Below are positions 24,426 to 37,371 of a stretch of 64,000 nt of DNA, one piece after another. Within the stretch, counting starts at the first letter, position 1. Every line of letters starts with the position of its first letter. The notes beneath the pieces are model-generated. The model saw only the letters and a program-made list of their open reading frames with translations, was not told the origin of the DNA and searched no databases. The DNA lies in the NCBI RefSeq assembly GCF_001194135.2, contig NC_068982.1:125942698-126006697 (forward strand), given 5' to 3'. This DNA comes from Octopus bimaculoides (taxonomy: Eukaryota). Position numbers and translations under genes: made by a program.

Positions 24426-25769
24426 GGTACCAAAACATATAGCATGAAGATCAGGTAAAAAAGATCAAACACAGTGTGTATTATGTTGATGTTCAGGAAA
24501 TGAGAGAAAAATGAAGAAAATATCTTTTATGTATCGAGTATTCACTCTTCCTCTGAAAGAAAGAATAGACAAAGAGAGAGAAAAACAGAGAAGGCAAATG
24601 GAGATAAGGAACTACATTTTGATCAATTTGATATGTGACAGTCATCAGGTGTCTTATTCCTGGGTGAGTATACAGCAACAGATTAGATTCGAACTAAGCA
24701 TCTTTATTTCTAATCTAAGCATCTTAGCATTCTTATTCACTTGGCCATTTACTTATGACAGTTGCGGATCAAACTGATTGAACAGTAGTGTAACTACATA
24801 ATGAAGCATTATTTATCTCTAAAGGTGAGGTTAATAGATTGAATAATTATAATTATAATCTTATTAATGGCAACTCGTCTCAAACACTTGGTCATGTATT
24901 TAAATATTCTGTTGGATATTATAAGCAGTCTCTAACATTTGTTAGTTCTATTGAGTACATATTTAAGTGAATAACATTCTTCAAAATCTTATTAGTCTTG
25001 TAATTAGAATATTAGACCCATCTCCTTCTTCACTGGTATACTGATTGCCTCCTCTAGGTATGGGCATATTAGTGGGAATGAGCAACTACAATGTTGTATG
25101 GTGACATAAATTGAACAGACTTTAGTACAAATGACAATTTCTCTTAAATTTTGTGTCATCCTAACATCTGATTACACCACATATCTTCCTCAGTTATCTT
25201 CTGCCATAGGTACTTTTCTTTGCCCTTTACAACAAGGTTCATTGGTCAGTAGGTGTAGATTACAAGGAAGAAGGCTCCAGTTCTTTACCAGTTGAGAGTT
25301 TCCATAATTCACCATTAGTAGTGAAGACCTTCAAGTCTTGCGAAGGACATGAGAACTCCATAGTGCTGGTGCTATGTAAAAAGAATGTAGCATACTCTGT
25401 AAAGTGGGTGGTGTTAGGAAATGGTATCCAGCATAAAAACCAAGCCAAAAATGAAGCAATCAAGTGAGCTACTGTCTTCTGACTCTTGTAAGTGATTAGT
25501 ATCCCTCAAATATCTACTGACTCCAACTATGGCAACCTGTCCAATCCATGGCTACATGGAAACTGGACATCTGACGCTGACAAAGTTGATGATGCTACCA
25601 CCAGCTAGTGGTTAGTTTGTCTTCGCAGATTGGCAAATTAGGCAACATCTCTTCAGTCCGTGAAACAAATCTCAGCTTCTAGCAACCTGTCAATTAACAT
25701 CAGAAGCCATTAAATAACAACAATAATAGTTTCAAATTTTGGCACAAGATCAGCAAATTCATGCAACGG

Positions 25770-25942
25770 AGTAAGCTGATTATATTGACCCCCAGTGCTC
25801 AACTGGTACTTATGTTATTAACTCCGAAAGGAGGAAAAGCAAAGTCGACCTCAGCAGATTTTGAACTCAAACTGTAAAGATGGACAAAATATCACTAACC
25901 ATTTTACCCAATGTGCTAACGATTCTGCCAGCTCTCTGCCTT
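25770..25942 (-). mobile_element. Family C SINE, degenerate
   Basis: gacccccagtgctcaactggtactt...aagtcgacctcagcagattttgaactc...gattctgccagctc. Confidence 0.7.
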
Positions 25943-26177
25943 AATTAAAAAACAACAATAATACCAACAACTACAACAAAAAACTCACAACTTAATGAAC
26001 CCCTATTTGTTACTCAACATTAATATTAGGAATTTATTAAAAGGGTGTGGCATTGTTGTTGTCGTTTAATCTGAGCAGGTTTAATATCAGAGGTACTTAC
26101 CTGCAATCATCCTATCTTGTTCTGTTTTTGTAGACACTGTAGTGCACCTTAGACCACATCATTTCCCTTCTGTATAG

Positions 26178-26363
26178 CAGTGCTCCACAACCAGTATGCT
26201 GCGACACACTCGTGTGCCTCTAGACAATGCTAGGCGTGCCACAGTGTAACCTGAATATAATTTTTTCCCTTATACTTTTAGTTATATTTTTAGTTCAGGT
26301 GTGCCACTGAATTTTGAAAAGAATATAAGTGTACCACAAGTGAAAAGAGGTTGCAGAGCACTG
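26178..26363. mobile_element. hAT-like MITE
   Basis: cagtgctccacaacc ... ggttgcagagcactg terminal inverted repeats. Confidence 0.6.
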
Positions 26364-26749
26364 CTATATGACATGAAGTGTAATCTGAAAGAGACCTGGC
26401 TGTTATTTCTAGCTAGCCATTTGACTACATAGAGTTTTTCTTGCTGGCTTGTTACACGTTGTTATTTAGTAAACTGAAGCAAGAATTCTTTTAAAGATTA
26501 GTGAGCTACTCAGTTCTTGTCAAATTAGTTAACCTCCCAGCAATTAACCATAATTTGAAATTTTATTTTGTCTTTAGTTTTTCTTTGATTTTATTCAATT
26601 CTTTAGTTTTACGTTAACCTATTTGAAAACTTGCTATGAGAAATTGTGTTATTGAAAGAATATTCTGCTAGTTTTCTTTTCATTAAAGCTAACACTAAAG
26701 CTAGAATTATGCAGATAACACCTTATTATAGCAGAGTTGACTTGGATAT

Positions 26750-26960
26750 ATCTCCATTTCAGAGAAAACTGTGAATATCCAACCAGAAAATATTCTGTAG
26801 TAATGCCAAGATAAAGAAACCAGATTCAGTCTCAAAGCTGGATCAGCTTACATCAATATATTGATTTTTCTTGCTCTCTTCCAATTTTGCACATCTCGTA
26901 AATTCTAGAAAGTCTGCTGAAATTGTGGTTCTCTCCAAAAAAAAAAAAATGACTTTTGCA
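26750..26960 (+). repeat. Dispersed ~200 bp repeat (copy at 21100-21320)
   Basis: Direct similarity to the 21.1-21.3 kb segment. Confidence 0.7.
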
Positions 26961-27623
26961 TATTAATCTTAGTAAGGTAACTGGAAAGACTTTTTATATG
27001 CTTTTACTAAACAGCTTGCTCTTTTGAGATTTGATAAACAGGTAAAAACCTTTATTAGCTAACAGATAGCATTCCAACCTCAATGTGGTATTTTTAACAT
27101 AGTTCTTATCTTATTTATAGAGGTGAAAATGGCTGAACAGATCAGGTATCAGCCTGCTAGCTCACTGTGACTTTGTCTTCTACTGCTGACATTTTGTTTT
27201 GTTTCTATGAAGGACACTTAATTCTACTTGCCCCATTTTACCCAGACTTTAGCTGCAATAGATGAGATTTGTTTCATGTTTAATTCAGTAAATGCCAGTC
27301 AGACTTATCAATAAGCTAAATGTTCTGATCTGATCTGATCTGATCTGATCTAGGACACTAAATAATACTGCTAAAATTATATAATATCATTCACTGAAAT
27401 GAAGATGGAAAAAAAAATTATAAAAATATTTATACTCCACTTCAGTCAAAAGATTTCTTGACAAATGTTACTTCTTGTTATGTTATCTTTGAAAGGTGAC
27501 AACTTCAAATTTCTTTGCTTTTTCATTTTTATCTAAATTACTATAGCTCCAGGTCGGTCAAAGTATTATGAGCAAATTTGGTAGACAGAAACGGAAAAGA
27601 AGCTTATAATAATATATATATAC

Positions 27624-27676
<53 letters not shown>

Positions 27677-27689
27677 GGCAGTGCTAGGT

Positions 27690-28109
27690 GCAGGCTTGGC
27701 TGTGTGGTAAGAAGTTTGCTATCCAATCATATGGTTCCATGCTCAGTCCCACTGTGTGGCATTTTGGGGAAGTGTCTCCTACTATAGCCCTGGGTTTACC
27801 AAAACCTTGTGAGTGGATGTGGTTGATGAAAAACTGAAAACCCATCATATATTTATGTGTGTATTTGTGTCTAGTTGTCATAACATCATGTAAATCATTG
27901 TCACTGTCATAGAAGTAATGTCATTCATTTCCAGTATTCTGCAAAAATATGTCTCGTCATTGGGAAGTGTTACTTTGCTTGGAAATTGTTAAGACAGCAA
28001 GAGCATCCAGCTCTGGAAAATCTGCATCAATAAATTCCATCTGACTCATGCAAGCATGGAAAAGTTGACATAAAAAAAAATAATGATGATGGTGATATGT
28101 GTGTGTGTG

Positions 28110-28145
<36 letters not shown>

Positions 28146-28258
28146 GGAAACAGGTGAGGGTTAGTGACAGGAAGGCCATCTGTTCATAGCAAACTCCGCC
28201 TCAGCAAATTCTGTCTGACCCATGCAAGCATGGAAAAGTGGACATTAAATGATGATGT
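27690..28258 (+). mobile_element. Family E SINE (A head, D-type tail) with a repeated tail at 28143-28258
   Basis: gcaggcttggctgtgtggtaagaag...cagtcccactgtgtggc then ...gcatccagctctggaaaatctgc...catgcaagcatggaaaag...gatgat. Confidence 0.7.
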
Positions 28259-28336
28259 AATAAATTATATGATGTAAGGGAGCACATTTAATTCTGGTGG
28301 TAGAAGTTTGGTGAAAGTATAGTTGTTGGGGTTTAA

Positions 28337-28557
28337 CCCTTTAGTGTTCAGATTACTCTGCTAAATGTAATACTTTTTCACTCAAATTGTTTTGAATTAA
28401 TCATGCATTATCTTATAGCTTTGAGGTTTCAATGATGTGATTGTTTATTTTTAGAATAATATTGTAGGATAAGTGTGAGAGGCTAGATATCACCAGTTTG
28501 AATATAAAATATGTAGAATATATTGGGCCGGATATGGCCGGTTTAAACACTAAAGGG
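28337..28557 (+). mobile_element. TTAA-flanked MITE
   Basis: ttaa|ccctttagtgtt ... aacactaaaggg|ttaa, perfect 12 bp TIR. Confidence 0.85.
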
Positions 28558-28685
28558 TTAATGGAGATAGATAATGTTGCAATAACAGCTATATCTGTTG
28601 GACAACAGGTTTCCTTTTGTTTCTATAAAAGGCAGGACCTTATGAGAAGGAAGATTCTGTAAAGCAGTGAAATACAACTGATTAA

Positions 28686-28814
28686 CCTTTAACATGTTTA
28701 GGCACATCATGTTGCTATATAAGTTTTCTCCCCTGTAGCTGCAGGCACATTGTATTGCATTGAGAGGGGAGAAAACTTGGATGACAACATGATGTGCTTA
28801 CAGTGTGCTAAAGG
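28686..28814. mobile_element. TTAA-flanked foldback MITE, ~50 bp arms
   Basis: ttaa|ccttt...gcacatcatgttg...aagttttctcccct / aggggagaaaactt...caacatgatgtgc...aaagg|ttaa. Confidence 0.7.
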
Positions 28815-29007
28815 TTAATAATGTGCATGTACAGTGATTGGAGAGGAATGAAATCAGTATAGTCTTTTGGATTTACTAGATTAACATACATGAACAAGTG
28901 AGGCCAGACAACAAAATGATTTGGGAATGAAGAAATAAGACACATACAGAAGAGATGAGATAGAGCTGTCACAATTGTCAGGTCATTTAATGCTTTTATA
29001 TTTATAA

Positions 29008-29062
<55 letters not shown>

Positions 29063-29346
29063 TGTGTATATAAAAAGTTTAACAGTTTTACCCTTGGCTA
29101 GACTGTTTATGACAGTCATGAATATCTTAATCAAGGGTAAAATTCAGAATAGATTGTCAACCATTGATATAATAAATATATCTATCTACTCTACCAAATG
29201 TATTGGGTTCTATATCAAGTTAAACTTGCACTGTGTAAACTGTATATTTGTATATACTTTACAACTCTTTCATTATGATTCATTATCATCATCATCATCA
29301 TCATTTAATGTCCATGTTCCTGGTATGAGCTGGACTGTGATTATAC

Positions 29347-29377
<31 letters not shown>

Positions 29378-30676
29378 ATCCAAATAAGAAGACAAAGAAA
29401 GATTTTAACACATTTTTAATGACCATTTACAATTGCTTCTGTAATCACTGTGTTTTCAACACCAGTTCATGCAATAGTTCCAAGTGAAAATTTATATTAT
29501 ATCTTGGTTTTAAACATCAGAGTAAAACTTCTTCAGATCTGCGTCAAAGGTGCTTGTTTGTGTGTGTGTGTATGTGTATGTATGTATGTATTTTTGTATG
29601 TATGTATAAACCACAGCTGTCATTTGCAAACAGCTATGACTTAATAGTCTTTACTGTTCTTTCAATAACTGTTTAAGGTACATTTGTATTAATCATGAAT
29701 GCATCTACTCTTGACTTTGCTACCTTTGACTCAGTGGAGCATCAGTGATGTAACAGATGAAGGAAGAGAAGGCTGCACAAGCATTCAGCTGGTACTCATT
29801 AAGGTGGAGCAATGTGAAATGAAGTGCCTTGCTCAAGGACCCAGTGTATCACTCAATCCTTACAATTATGCACTTCTCACCATAACCACTAAGACGAATT
29901 CCTTCACACACAAACCTTGCTTTTCCTGTTAGTACTGATGTGTATAGCTAATTTTAGGGAATTTAGATGACAGGTACAAGGCAAAGTTAAATGATAATCT
30001 CCATAGATGCTGAAGATATTTATTCAATGTAAAAAGAATTAAAGCTGAGTTTGTAGACTTAATTAACATTTAAACAATATATTTCTGCGATGATAAAACT
30101 ATAGCAGTTTGCTATTATCTGACATATCCAGTTTAGGCAATCATTCACATCCACAGTTGAGTGAATGTTTTTAAATGTGTATTCCATGTTGATGATGATG
30201 ATAATGAAATTCTAACCAGTGTTAAATGTTAAAGAAGGTAGATATCAAGAAATTTATAAGTTTAGCTAGTATCCTGATCTGTTTAAAATGTTCCTGAACA
30301 TAACATCATGATGAGATGAACTGTGTAATTAATTTATTTTCGTTCTGAAACTGATGTCTTTAAAAAACAGAAACAGGATATCTGTTGTTAAAAAGAAATC
30401 TGCTTTCTTATAGAAGCTCTTGTAGAAATAGATATTTCACTGTGTTGATATTTTTTTTTTGAAAGAGTCTCTGTGTGTTTCTCTTTTTTTTTTTTTTTTT
30501 TTNNNNNNNNNNNNNNNNNNNNNNNNNNNNNNNNNNNNNNNNNNNNNNNNNNNNNNNNNNNNNNNNNNNNNNNNNNNNNNNNNNNNNNNNNNNNNNNNNN
30601 NNNNNNNNNNNNNNNNNNNNNNNNNNNNNNNNNNNNNNNNNNNNNNNNNNNNNNNNNNNNNNNNNNNNNNNNNNNN

Positions 30677-30721
<45 letters not shown>

Positions 30722-30722
<1 letters not shown>

Positions 30723-30885
30723 CACACATGACAAGCTTCCACACAGTTTCTGTCTTCCAAATTTACTCACAAGTCATCAGTCACCCCAGAGCTACAGAAG
30801 AAGACATTTGCCCAAGACACTGTATGACAGGACTGAACTCAAAACCACAGGGTTACAAAACAAGCATCTTAACCACACAACCATG
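30722..30885 (-). mobile_element. Family A SINE head fragment, degenerate
   Basis: tttactcacaag...gaagacatttgcccaagacact...gactgaactc...ttaaccacacaacc. Confidence 0.6.
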
Positions 30886-31694
30886 TTATGTACATCATGT
30901 GTTTATATATCAATTTGTTAATAATTAGGTGCTAGTACAATTTTCACATCAGGAATAAAGTAAATTGAATCAGGGCCTAGTTTATTACTGGTATTAATTT
31001 TTTTTTTTTTATCTTAGAAAATGAAGAAAAGAAAAATTGATTACCATCTGCACAAATTCTTCTAAATAAATTTATATATTTGTTCTTTATGTGCATGCAT
31101 GCATGTGTGTGCCTATGTATGCATGTGCATGCACGTGTGTGCATGAATGTGTGTGTGTTATTATATAATATAATATAAGGCTATTAATTTTATGCTGTTT
31201 TATTCAATTGCAAGGAATTCTAATTTGCAAAAGAAGACTGCCTTTCTAGCAATTTCTTCTGTGTACTTTTTGTGTTGCTATTTGAAAGGGTGATAAAATT
31301 ATCACATTTATTAATGTCGGATACATATTACATAAGATAATGTATAAATTTTAATTATCATAATTATTTTCACAGACATACATGGATACGTATGTTCAGT
31401 AAAAAAAATTAATACAATTAGCCTACATTAGCTTATTTTTCTAGTTTATTTCTCTCAATAAGACTAACCAAGACTTACATGCAACAGAAATAGATATTGT
31501 TACTAGTTGGATCCTTTTGGTACCAACCCACCTGAAACAGCTCCTGGTTTGGTGATACAAATTTTTTGTTTTAAAATGGTGTAAATTAAAACTTTCCATC
31601 AAAATTTCATGCTAATTTATGTTCAACACACCAGCTTAATAATGACAAAGTTATTGTAATAAATTCTTTATTATTTTCAAGATTAACTGAAATT

Positions 31695-31978
31695 CCACAT
31701 AAAAAACACTGGTGATGGTGCCGCATAAAAGGCACTGATGATGGTGCCATGTAAAAAGCATTGGTGACGGTGTTACAAAAAAAGCATTAGTGCTGGTGCC
31801 ACAGAAAAGGCACCCAGTACACTCTGTAAAGTGGTTGACATTAGAAAGGGCATCCAACTGTAGAAACCAAGTCAAACCAGACGATGGAACCTGGTGCAGC
31901 TCCTGGCTTTGCCAGGTACTGTCATACTGTTCAACTCATACCAGCATGGAAAATGGATGTTAAATGATGATGATGATG
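31695..31978 (+). mobile_element. Family D repeat with a 26 bp tandem sub-array
   Basis: About 5 copies of taaaaagcactggtgatggtgccaca, then the standard body and (gat)n tail. Confidence 0.85.
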
Positions 31979-33322
31979 GAAGTGTATTTCAACAGGAATA
32001 TAGTAATGAAATGGCTAATCTCTCCAATCTAGCAGTCAAATATTTATTTCCTTTTATTTTTAACTCTGCACCACAAGTTCTCCTTAGTATTTGATGTAGG
32101 CTACCTTACAACTTATAACCCAAATTAAGACCTTGTGTTGGCTATCAAACTGAAAGATCAAAGCCTTTCTTCAGTTCAATAGGATGTTTGCATACATTAT
32201 GACAGAATCTTTATTCTGCTCATCTGAAATGCAATTCTTTACAATGAAAATTCTTTGCTCAGCTGTAACTATAGTTTCCTTTTGGCTGAAAATGTAATCA
32301 AACTTTGCTAAAGGAATGGTGTAAGCAACTGAAATTGAAACATTTGACATTCACATAAAATCTCACTTTTGACTGATTCATTTCTAACAGGATTTATTTT
32401 CTTTCCATGAAAGGCCAAGATTAGAACTCATAACCTTAAGCTACCAAAGATCAGCAATTATAGACTAAATGAGCCGTTCTGTTACTGAGTCATCATCATG
32501 TCTTTGATTCTAGTCTTAGCTTGCTTGGTAAGCTTTATAGTTGTAACCATCTTGTCAGTGAACAGTATGTTGTTGTAAGGGATTAACTATTGTAATTTAT
32601 GTTTGGAACACTTAAAATAATGAGGATTTATTAGAGAGAAGGTTTAGCTAGTGTAGGTCAAGCACCTTATGTAAAAGCTTCCTAATTGACTTCAGATTAT
32701 AAAGTTACTTATAAACACCATTAGTAAGAATTTCACTGGCTTAACTGCTAAAGAATTCTGCCAGAATCCCAAAAGATTTGGGCGTCTTTTCCATTTGGCT
32801 GGCTTGTTAAGTTTTCTTCCTCTTTTGATTCTTCAATCCAAGATTAATAATGTGTTTAACATTGTTTGTCTGTTTGTCTGTGACTGGCATACATTCAGGA
32901 ACTGCTACTCATACACTTTTACTCTGCTTATATCTATCACATTTTCGTTTCTATTTCTCAACACAGTTGTCTGTTATTTAAACAACAGAGAGTTGTTTTA
33001 TGAAGCAATGTCAAAGTTTACCTTAATTTTAGTTTTCCCTGTTTTATAACCAATCCTCGCGTGTGTGTATGTGTGTGTGTGTTGTATGTCTGTACATGTA
33101 TTTGTTTACAATAATTATTTTAACTACTTGTCATTAAATTCTCTCATTTTCAATTCAATGACTTTGTTTCTTTTTACTAATCCACCTAGAGATCTCTCTC
33201 CTCCCTCATACACACACACACACACACACACCTGTCTATCTGTCTTTCTGTCTGTCGGTCTGTCTCTAGATCGCTGACTACTACACATATATTTTTTTCT
33301 CTCCTTGTTTCCTTCTGTGTTC

Positions 33323-33358
33323 CTTTCAGTTGAAGAGCGTAGGCTCGAAATGTTAAAG
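33323..33358 (+). other. Decayed hammerhead-like motif
   Basis: cttt-cagttga-a-gag(cgtagg)ctc-GAAA-tgtt-aaag; stems I and II pair but the core has substitutions. Confidence 0.25.
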
Positions 33359-33445
33359 ACTTTTTCTATTCCCAAGCGTTATACTAATGCATCCATTTGT
33401 TGTTTACACCACCTGTCTTTGTCTGTTGTTTTTTCGTGAATTCTC

Positions 33446-33504
<59 letters not shown>

Positions 33505-34107
33505 TATATAAAAATTCATTAATAACTTCATGGTTCTATGTTTGATCGTACTGTGAGGCATCTTGATCAAATGTCATTTGTTGTATCCTTGGATTGAGCC
33601 ATATCCTGCCAGTGAAATTTAATAAACAAAAGCTGTGTAGAATTTCACTGCATGTGTATGTGTGTTTACACATCCATACATATATGTGTGTGTGTGTGTG
33701 AGTAATATTTTTGACTAATGGCTATATGTTGATTAGTGAGTTCAGTAAAGCACATTCACAGTTTGGGCCATCTTGTGTCATGGACAGTTGGGGTATATTT
33801 CTGCTGGATCTACTTCAGGAATTCCGAGGGTTTGGCAGGGATCACACTCGGATGGTACTCTTAGTGCTCCACTGGCATGGGTGCCAGTCATCAAATTTCC
33901 AAATTTGATTTGATTTTACTTGCCTCAACAGGTCTTCGCAAGCAGAGTTTAGTGTCCAATGAAGGAAAGGTATGCATAAGTGGGCTGGTTACACCTCTGG
34001 CATAGGCCATGGGTTATCTGCATGAAATGTTTTTTTGGGTCATTTACAATGCCCTAAAGCATAATAAACAAAACATCCAAGTTAGGTTAGGTGAGCTAAT
34101 TAATTAA

Positions 34108-34172
<65 letters not shown>

Positions 34173-34176
<4 letters not shown>

Positions 34177-34313
34177 TCATCATCATCATCATCATCCACT
34201 TTCCATGCTAGCATGGGTTGGACGATTTGACTGAGGACTGGTGAAACCAGATGGCTACACCAGGCTCCAATCTGATTTGGCAGAGTCTCTACAGCTGGAT
34301 GCCCTTCCTAACG
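34173..34313 (-). mobile_element. Family D repeat inserted in (TA)n
   Basis: (atc)n...ccatgctagcatgggttggacg...gatgcccttcctaacg, with TA runs on both sides. Confidence 0.85.
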
Positions 34314-34383
34314 ACATATATATATATATATATATATATATGTCATAAGAATTTAGATACTTTGAAAGAAGATGAAATAATCA

Positions 34384-34576
34384 ATTTTTAACTGTAGAAC
34401 TTAAAGTAGATAAAGCTATAAATAATAAAGTGTAAATATAGCCATGCTTACAGAAGATGGGGGTTCAGGTGCCATGGGCAGCCTTCAAATTTTTCTATCC
34501 AAAGGGGGTTTTGACCCAACATCTTAAATGCTATTATTTATAGCTTTATCTACTTCAAGTTCCACCATTTAAAAAT
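34384..34576. repeat. Foldback, 24 bp perfect core within ~45 bp arms
   Basis: aagtagataaagctataaataata (34404-34427) versus tattatttatagctttatctactt (34532-34555). Confidence 0.75.
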
Positions 34577-35489
34577 GTATAGAAAAACATAGATAGAAAT
34601 AAAGTCAGGTGGTTCGAGAGTTGAGTATATATTTTATGTATTTAGCCATATGACTTTTATCGGGTTACAACCGTTTCACAACCTTCATGTAATATTGATT
34701 TCAGTATGTAAGAAATTATATTAACTGCACTAATGAAAATAAAGAAAGCTAGCTCATCAGATCACTGGAACATCATTGTTCAATATACGTACTACTCATT
34801 TATATAAATGTGTGTGTGTGTTTGTGGATGTGTGTGTGTCTTTGGGTTTTCACATTAGTTGTCATTTTCTCTGCTATAACTAGATCATTCTTTAATATTG
34901 TCAATGCCTACTTTTATTTTGGTCATTCCTTCTTCAGAAATTCCATATTTTTTTCCCTTACTTCCTTTATTTTAACCTACACCTCTAAACTCCTCAACAT
35001 CTGCACCTACTTCAAATAGGTTGCTTCCATTACAAAATATGTAACTTTTAAAAATTCTGTGAGCAGCATCTGTCTTTCTTACAAACAACCACTCTGTGTT
35101 AGTGAATAAGATGGCCCTTTATGATAAATATCCACTACCTAACCCTGCCCTGAAATTCCCAAAAGTTACTCCAATGAAATCAGACAGATGCCCCTGAAAT
35201 ATCCATTTTAGCGCACAACCCCACTTAGTAATCCCCAATGATATCTCTATTTATATAAATATCACCTTTATGGAAATAATCAACACAGCAACCCAATTTT
35301 AACAGATTGCCTGTCCCTTTCTCTTAAATTTTTGCCAGAGAGCTTTGAATTGATTATCCCCTAATGCCTAATCCCATATTAACTTCTTTATCTGTAAGTA
35401 TGACCACCCCTGATTTAACAAATCTCTAGGCTGTTTATTAGTGAATATTATTTTGTGTATTAAAGTTATTTTTTCTTAATTGGTGCAAT

Positions 35490-36310
35490 TTACCCTCATT
35501 CCTTACTACTTCTGTATTGTTTTCACATTTTATATCTACTTAAATAAAATTATTGATATATTTATCTCTAATTACACCATGTTGCTTCACATTTTACCTC
35601 TAATTATTCAACATTGTTTTCACATTTTCTTCTATTTATACCATATTTTTCCACATATATTTTCCTCTAATAATATCTTTTTACTTCTATTATACCACAG
35701 TTTCATATATTTTACTTCTGATCATGCCACAGTTTCACATTTTACCTCTAATCACACCACACTGTTTCATATTTTGTCTGTTGTACCACAAATTATGTTT
35801 CACATTTTTCTACTAATTACACCTTATTTTTCATTTTACCTCTAGTTGTACCTCATTGTCTCATATTTTACCTCATATTTTACCACATAATTTCACATAT
35901 TTTACCTCAAATTACACCACAGTCTACATTCTGTTTTTAATTAAGCCACATTTTTACATATTTTATCTCCAATTCCACCATAATTTCATATTTTTTACTT
36001 CTACACTATTTTGTTTCATATTTTATCTCTAATTACATCACACATTTTGTTTCACATTTTACTTCTAATTACATTACATTGATTCACATTTTAACTCTAA
36101 TTATATCACACTATTTCACATACTTGTAATTACATTTTGATGTTTCACATTTTTACCTGCAATTATACGACATTGTTAAGCATTTTTCATTTCTTTATAC
36201 CATATTGCTTCACATATATTACCTCTATTCATACTAGTTCTCACAGTTTACCTCTAATTATACCACTCTGTTTCTCTCTGTATTTCTAATTAAACCTACT
36301 TGTTTCACTT
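35490..36310. repeat. Diverged ~30-33 bp minisatellite, roughly 25 units
   Basis: Approximate consensus attttacctctaattacaccacattgtttcac; plus strand is very G-poor. Confidence 0.85.
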
Positions 36311-36427
36311 AAACACTATACAAATCTGACAATGCATACATCTGTCTCCACAATGAACTACAGAATACATTTTTCTCATCTTTTCTGTCCACTTAATAGC
36401 ACTCGCTATAACCAGACAATATTCTTA

Positions 36428-36660
36428 TGTCCTTTTACTGGTTTCAGTTATTGGTTTCTGTGCCCATGCTGGAGCACCACCCTGTAGAAGTTTTTGTTGA
36501 ACGATTCAACGCCAGTACTTATTTTTTTAAAGCCTGATGCTTATTTTATCAGTCTCTTTTGCCAAACTACTAAGTTCTGGTGATGTAAACACACCAACAC
36601 CACTTGTCAAGAGATGGTGGGGGACAAATGCACATGCAATGAAATACACACAAAGACATA
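36428..36660 (-). mobile_element. Family A SINE 3' part (runs into gap)
   Basis: cttttactggtttcagt...ccatgctggagcaccacc...gatgtaaacacaccaacacc. Confidence 0.75.
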
Positions 36661-37008
36661 TATATATATATATATANNNNNNNNNNNNNNNNNNNNNNNN
36701 NNNNNNNNNNNNNNNNNNNNNNNNNNNNNNNNNNNNNNNNNNNNNNNNNNNNNNNNNNNNNNNNNNNNNNNNNNNNNNNNNNNNNNNNNNNNNNNNNNNN
36801 NNNNNNNNNNNNNNNNNNNNNNNNNNNNNNNNNNNNNNNNNNNNNNNNNNNNNNNNNNNNNNNNNNNNNNNNNNNNNNNNNNNNNNNNNNNNNNNNNNNN
36901 NNNNNNNNNNNNNNNNNNNNNNNNNNNNNNNNNNNNNNNNNNNNNNNNNNNNNNNNNNNNNNNNNNNNNNNNNNNNNNNNNNNNNNNNNNNNNNNNNNNN
37001 NNNNNNNT

Positions 37009-37371
37009 ACGACGTCGAGGGTTCCAGTTGATCCGATCAACGGAACAGCCTGCTCGTGAAATTAACGTGCAAGTGGCTGAGCACTCCACAGACATGCGTA
37101 CCCTTAACGTAATACTCGGGGATATTCAGCGTGACACAGTGCGGCAAGGCTGACCCTTTTGAAATACAGGCACAACAGAAACAGGAAGAAAGAGTGAGAG
37201 AAAGTTGTGATGAAAGAGTACAGCAGGGTTCGCCACCATCCCCTGCTGGAGCCTCGTGGAGCTTTTAGGTGTTTTCGCTGAATAAACACCCACATCACCC
37301 GGTCTGGGAATCGAAACCGCGATCCTATGACAGTGAATCCGCTGCCCTAACCACTGGGCCATTGCGCCTCC
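37009..37371 (-). mobile_element. Family B SINE, near full length
   Basis: Reverse complement of 3729-4103; ends ccactgggccattgcgcctcc. Confidence 0.9.

Noticed and set aside
32490-32535. Signal-peptide-like start MSLILVLACL followed by GTAAGC
   Set aside because: Hydrophobic codons are expected in T-rich DNA; no downstream exon found
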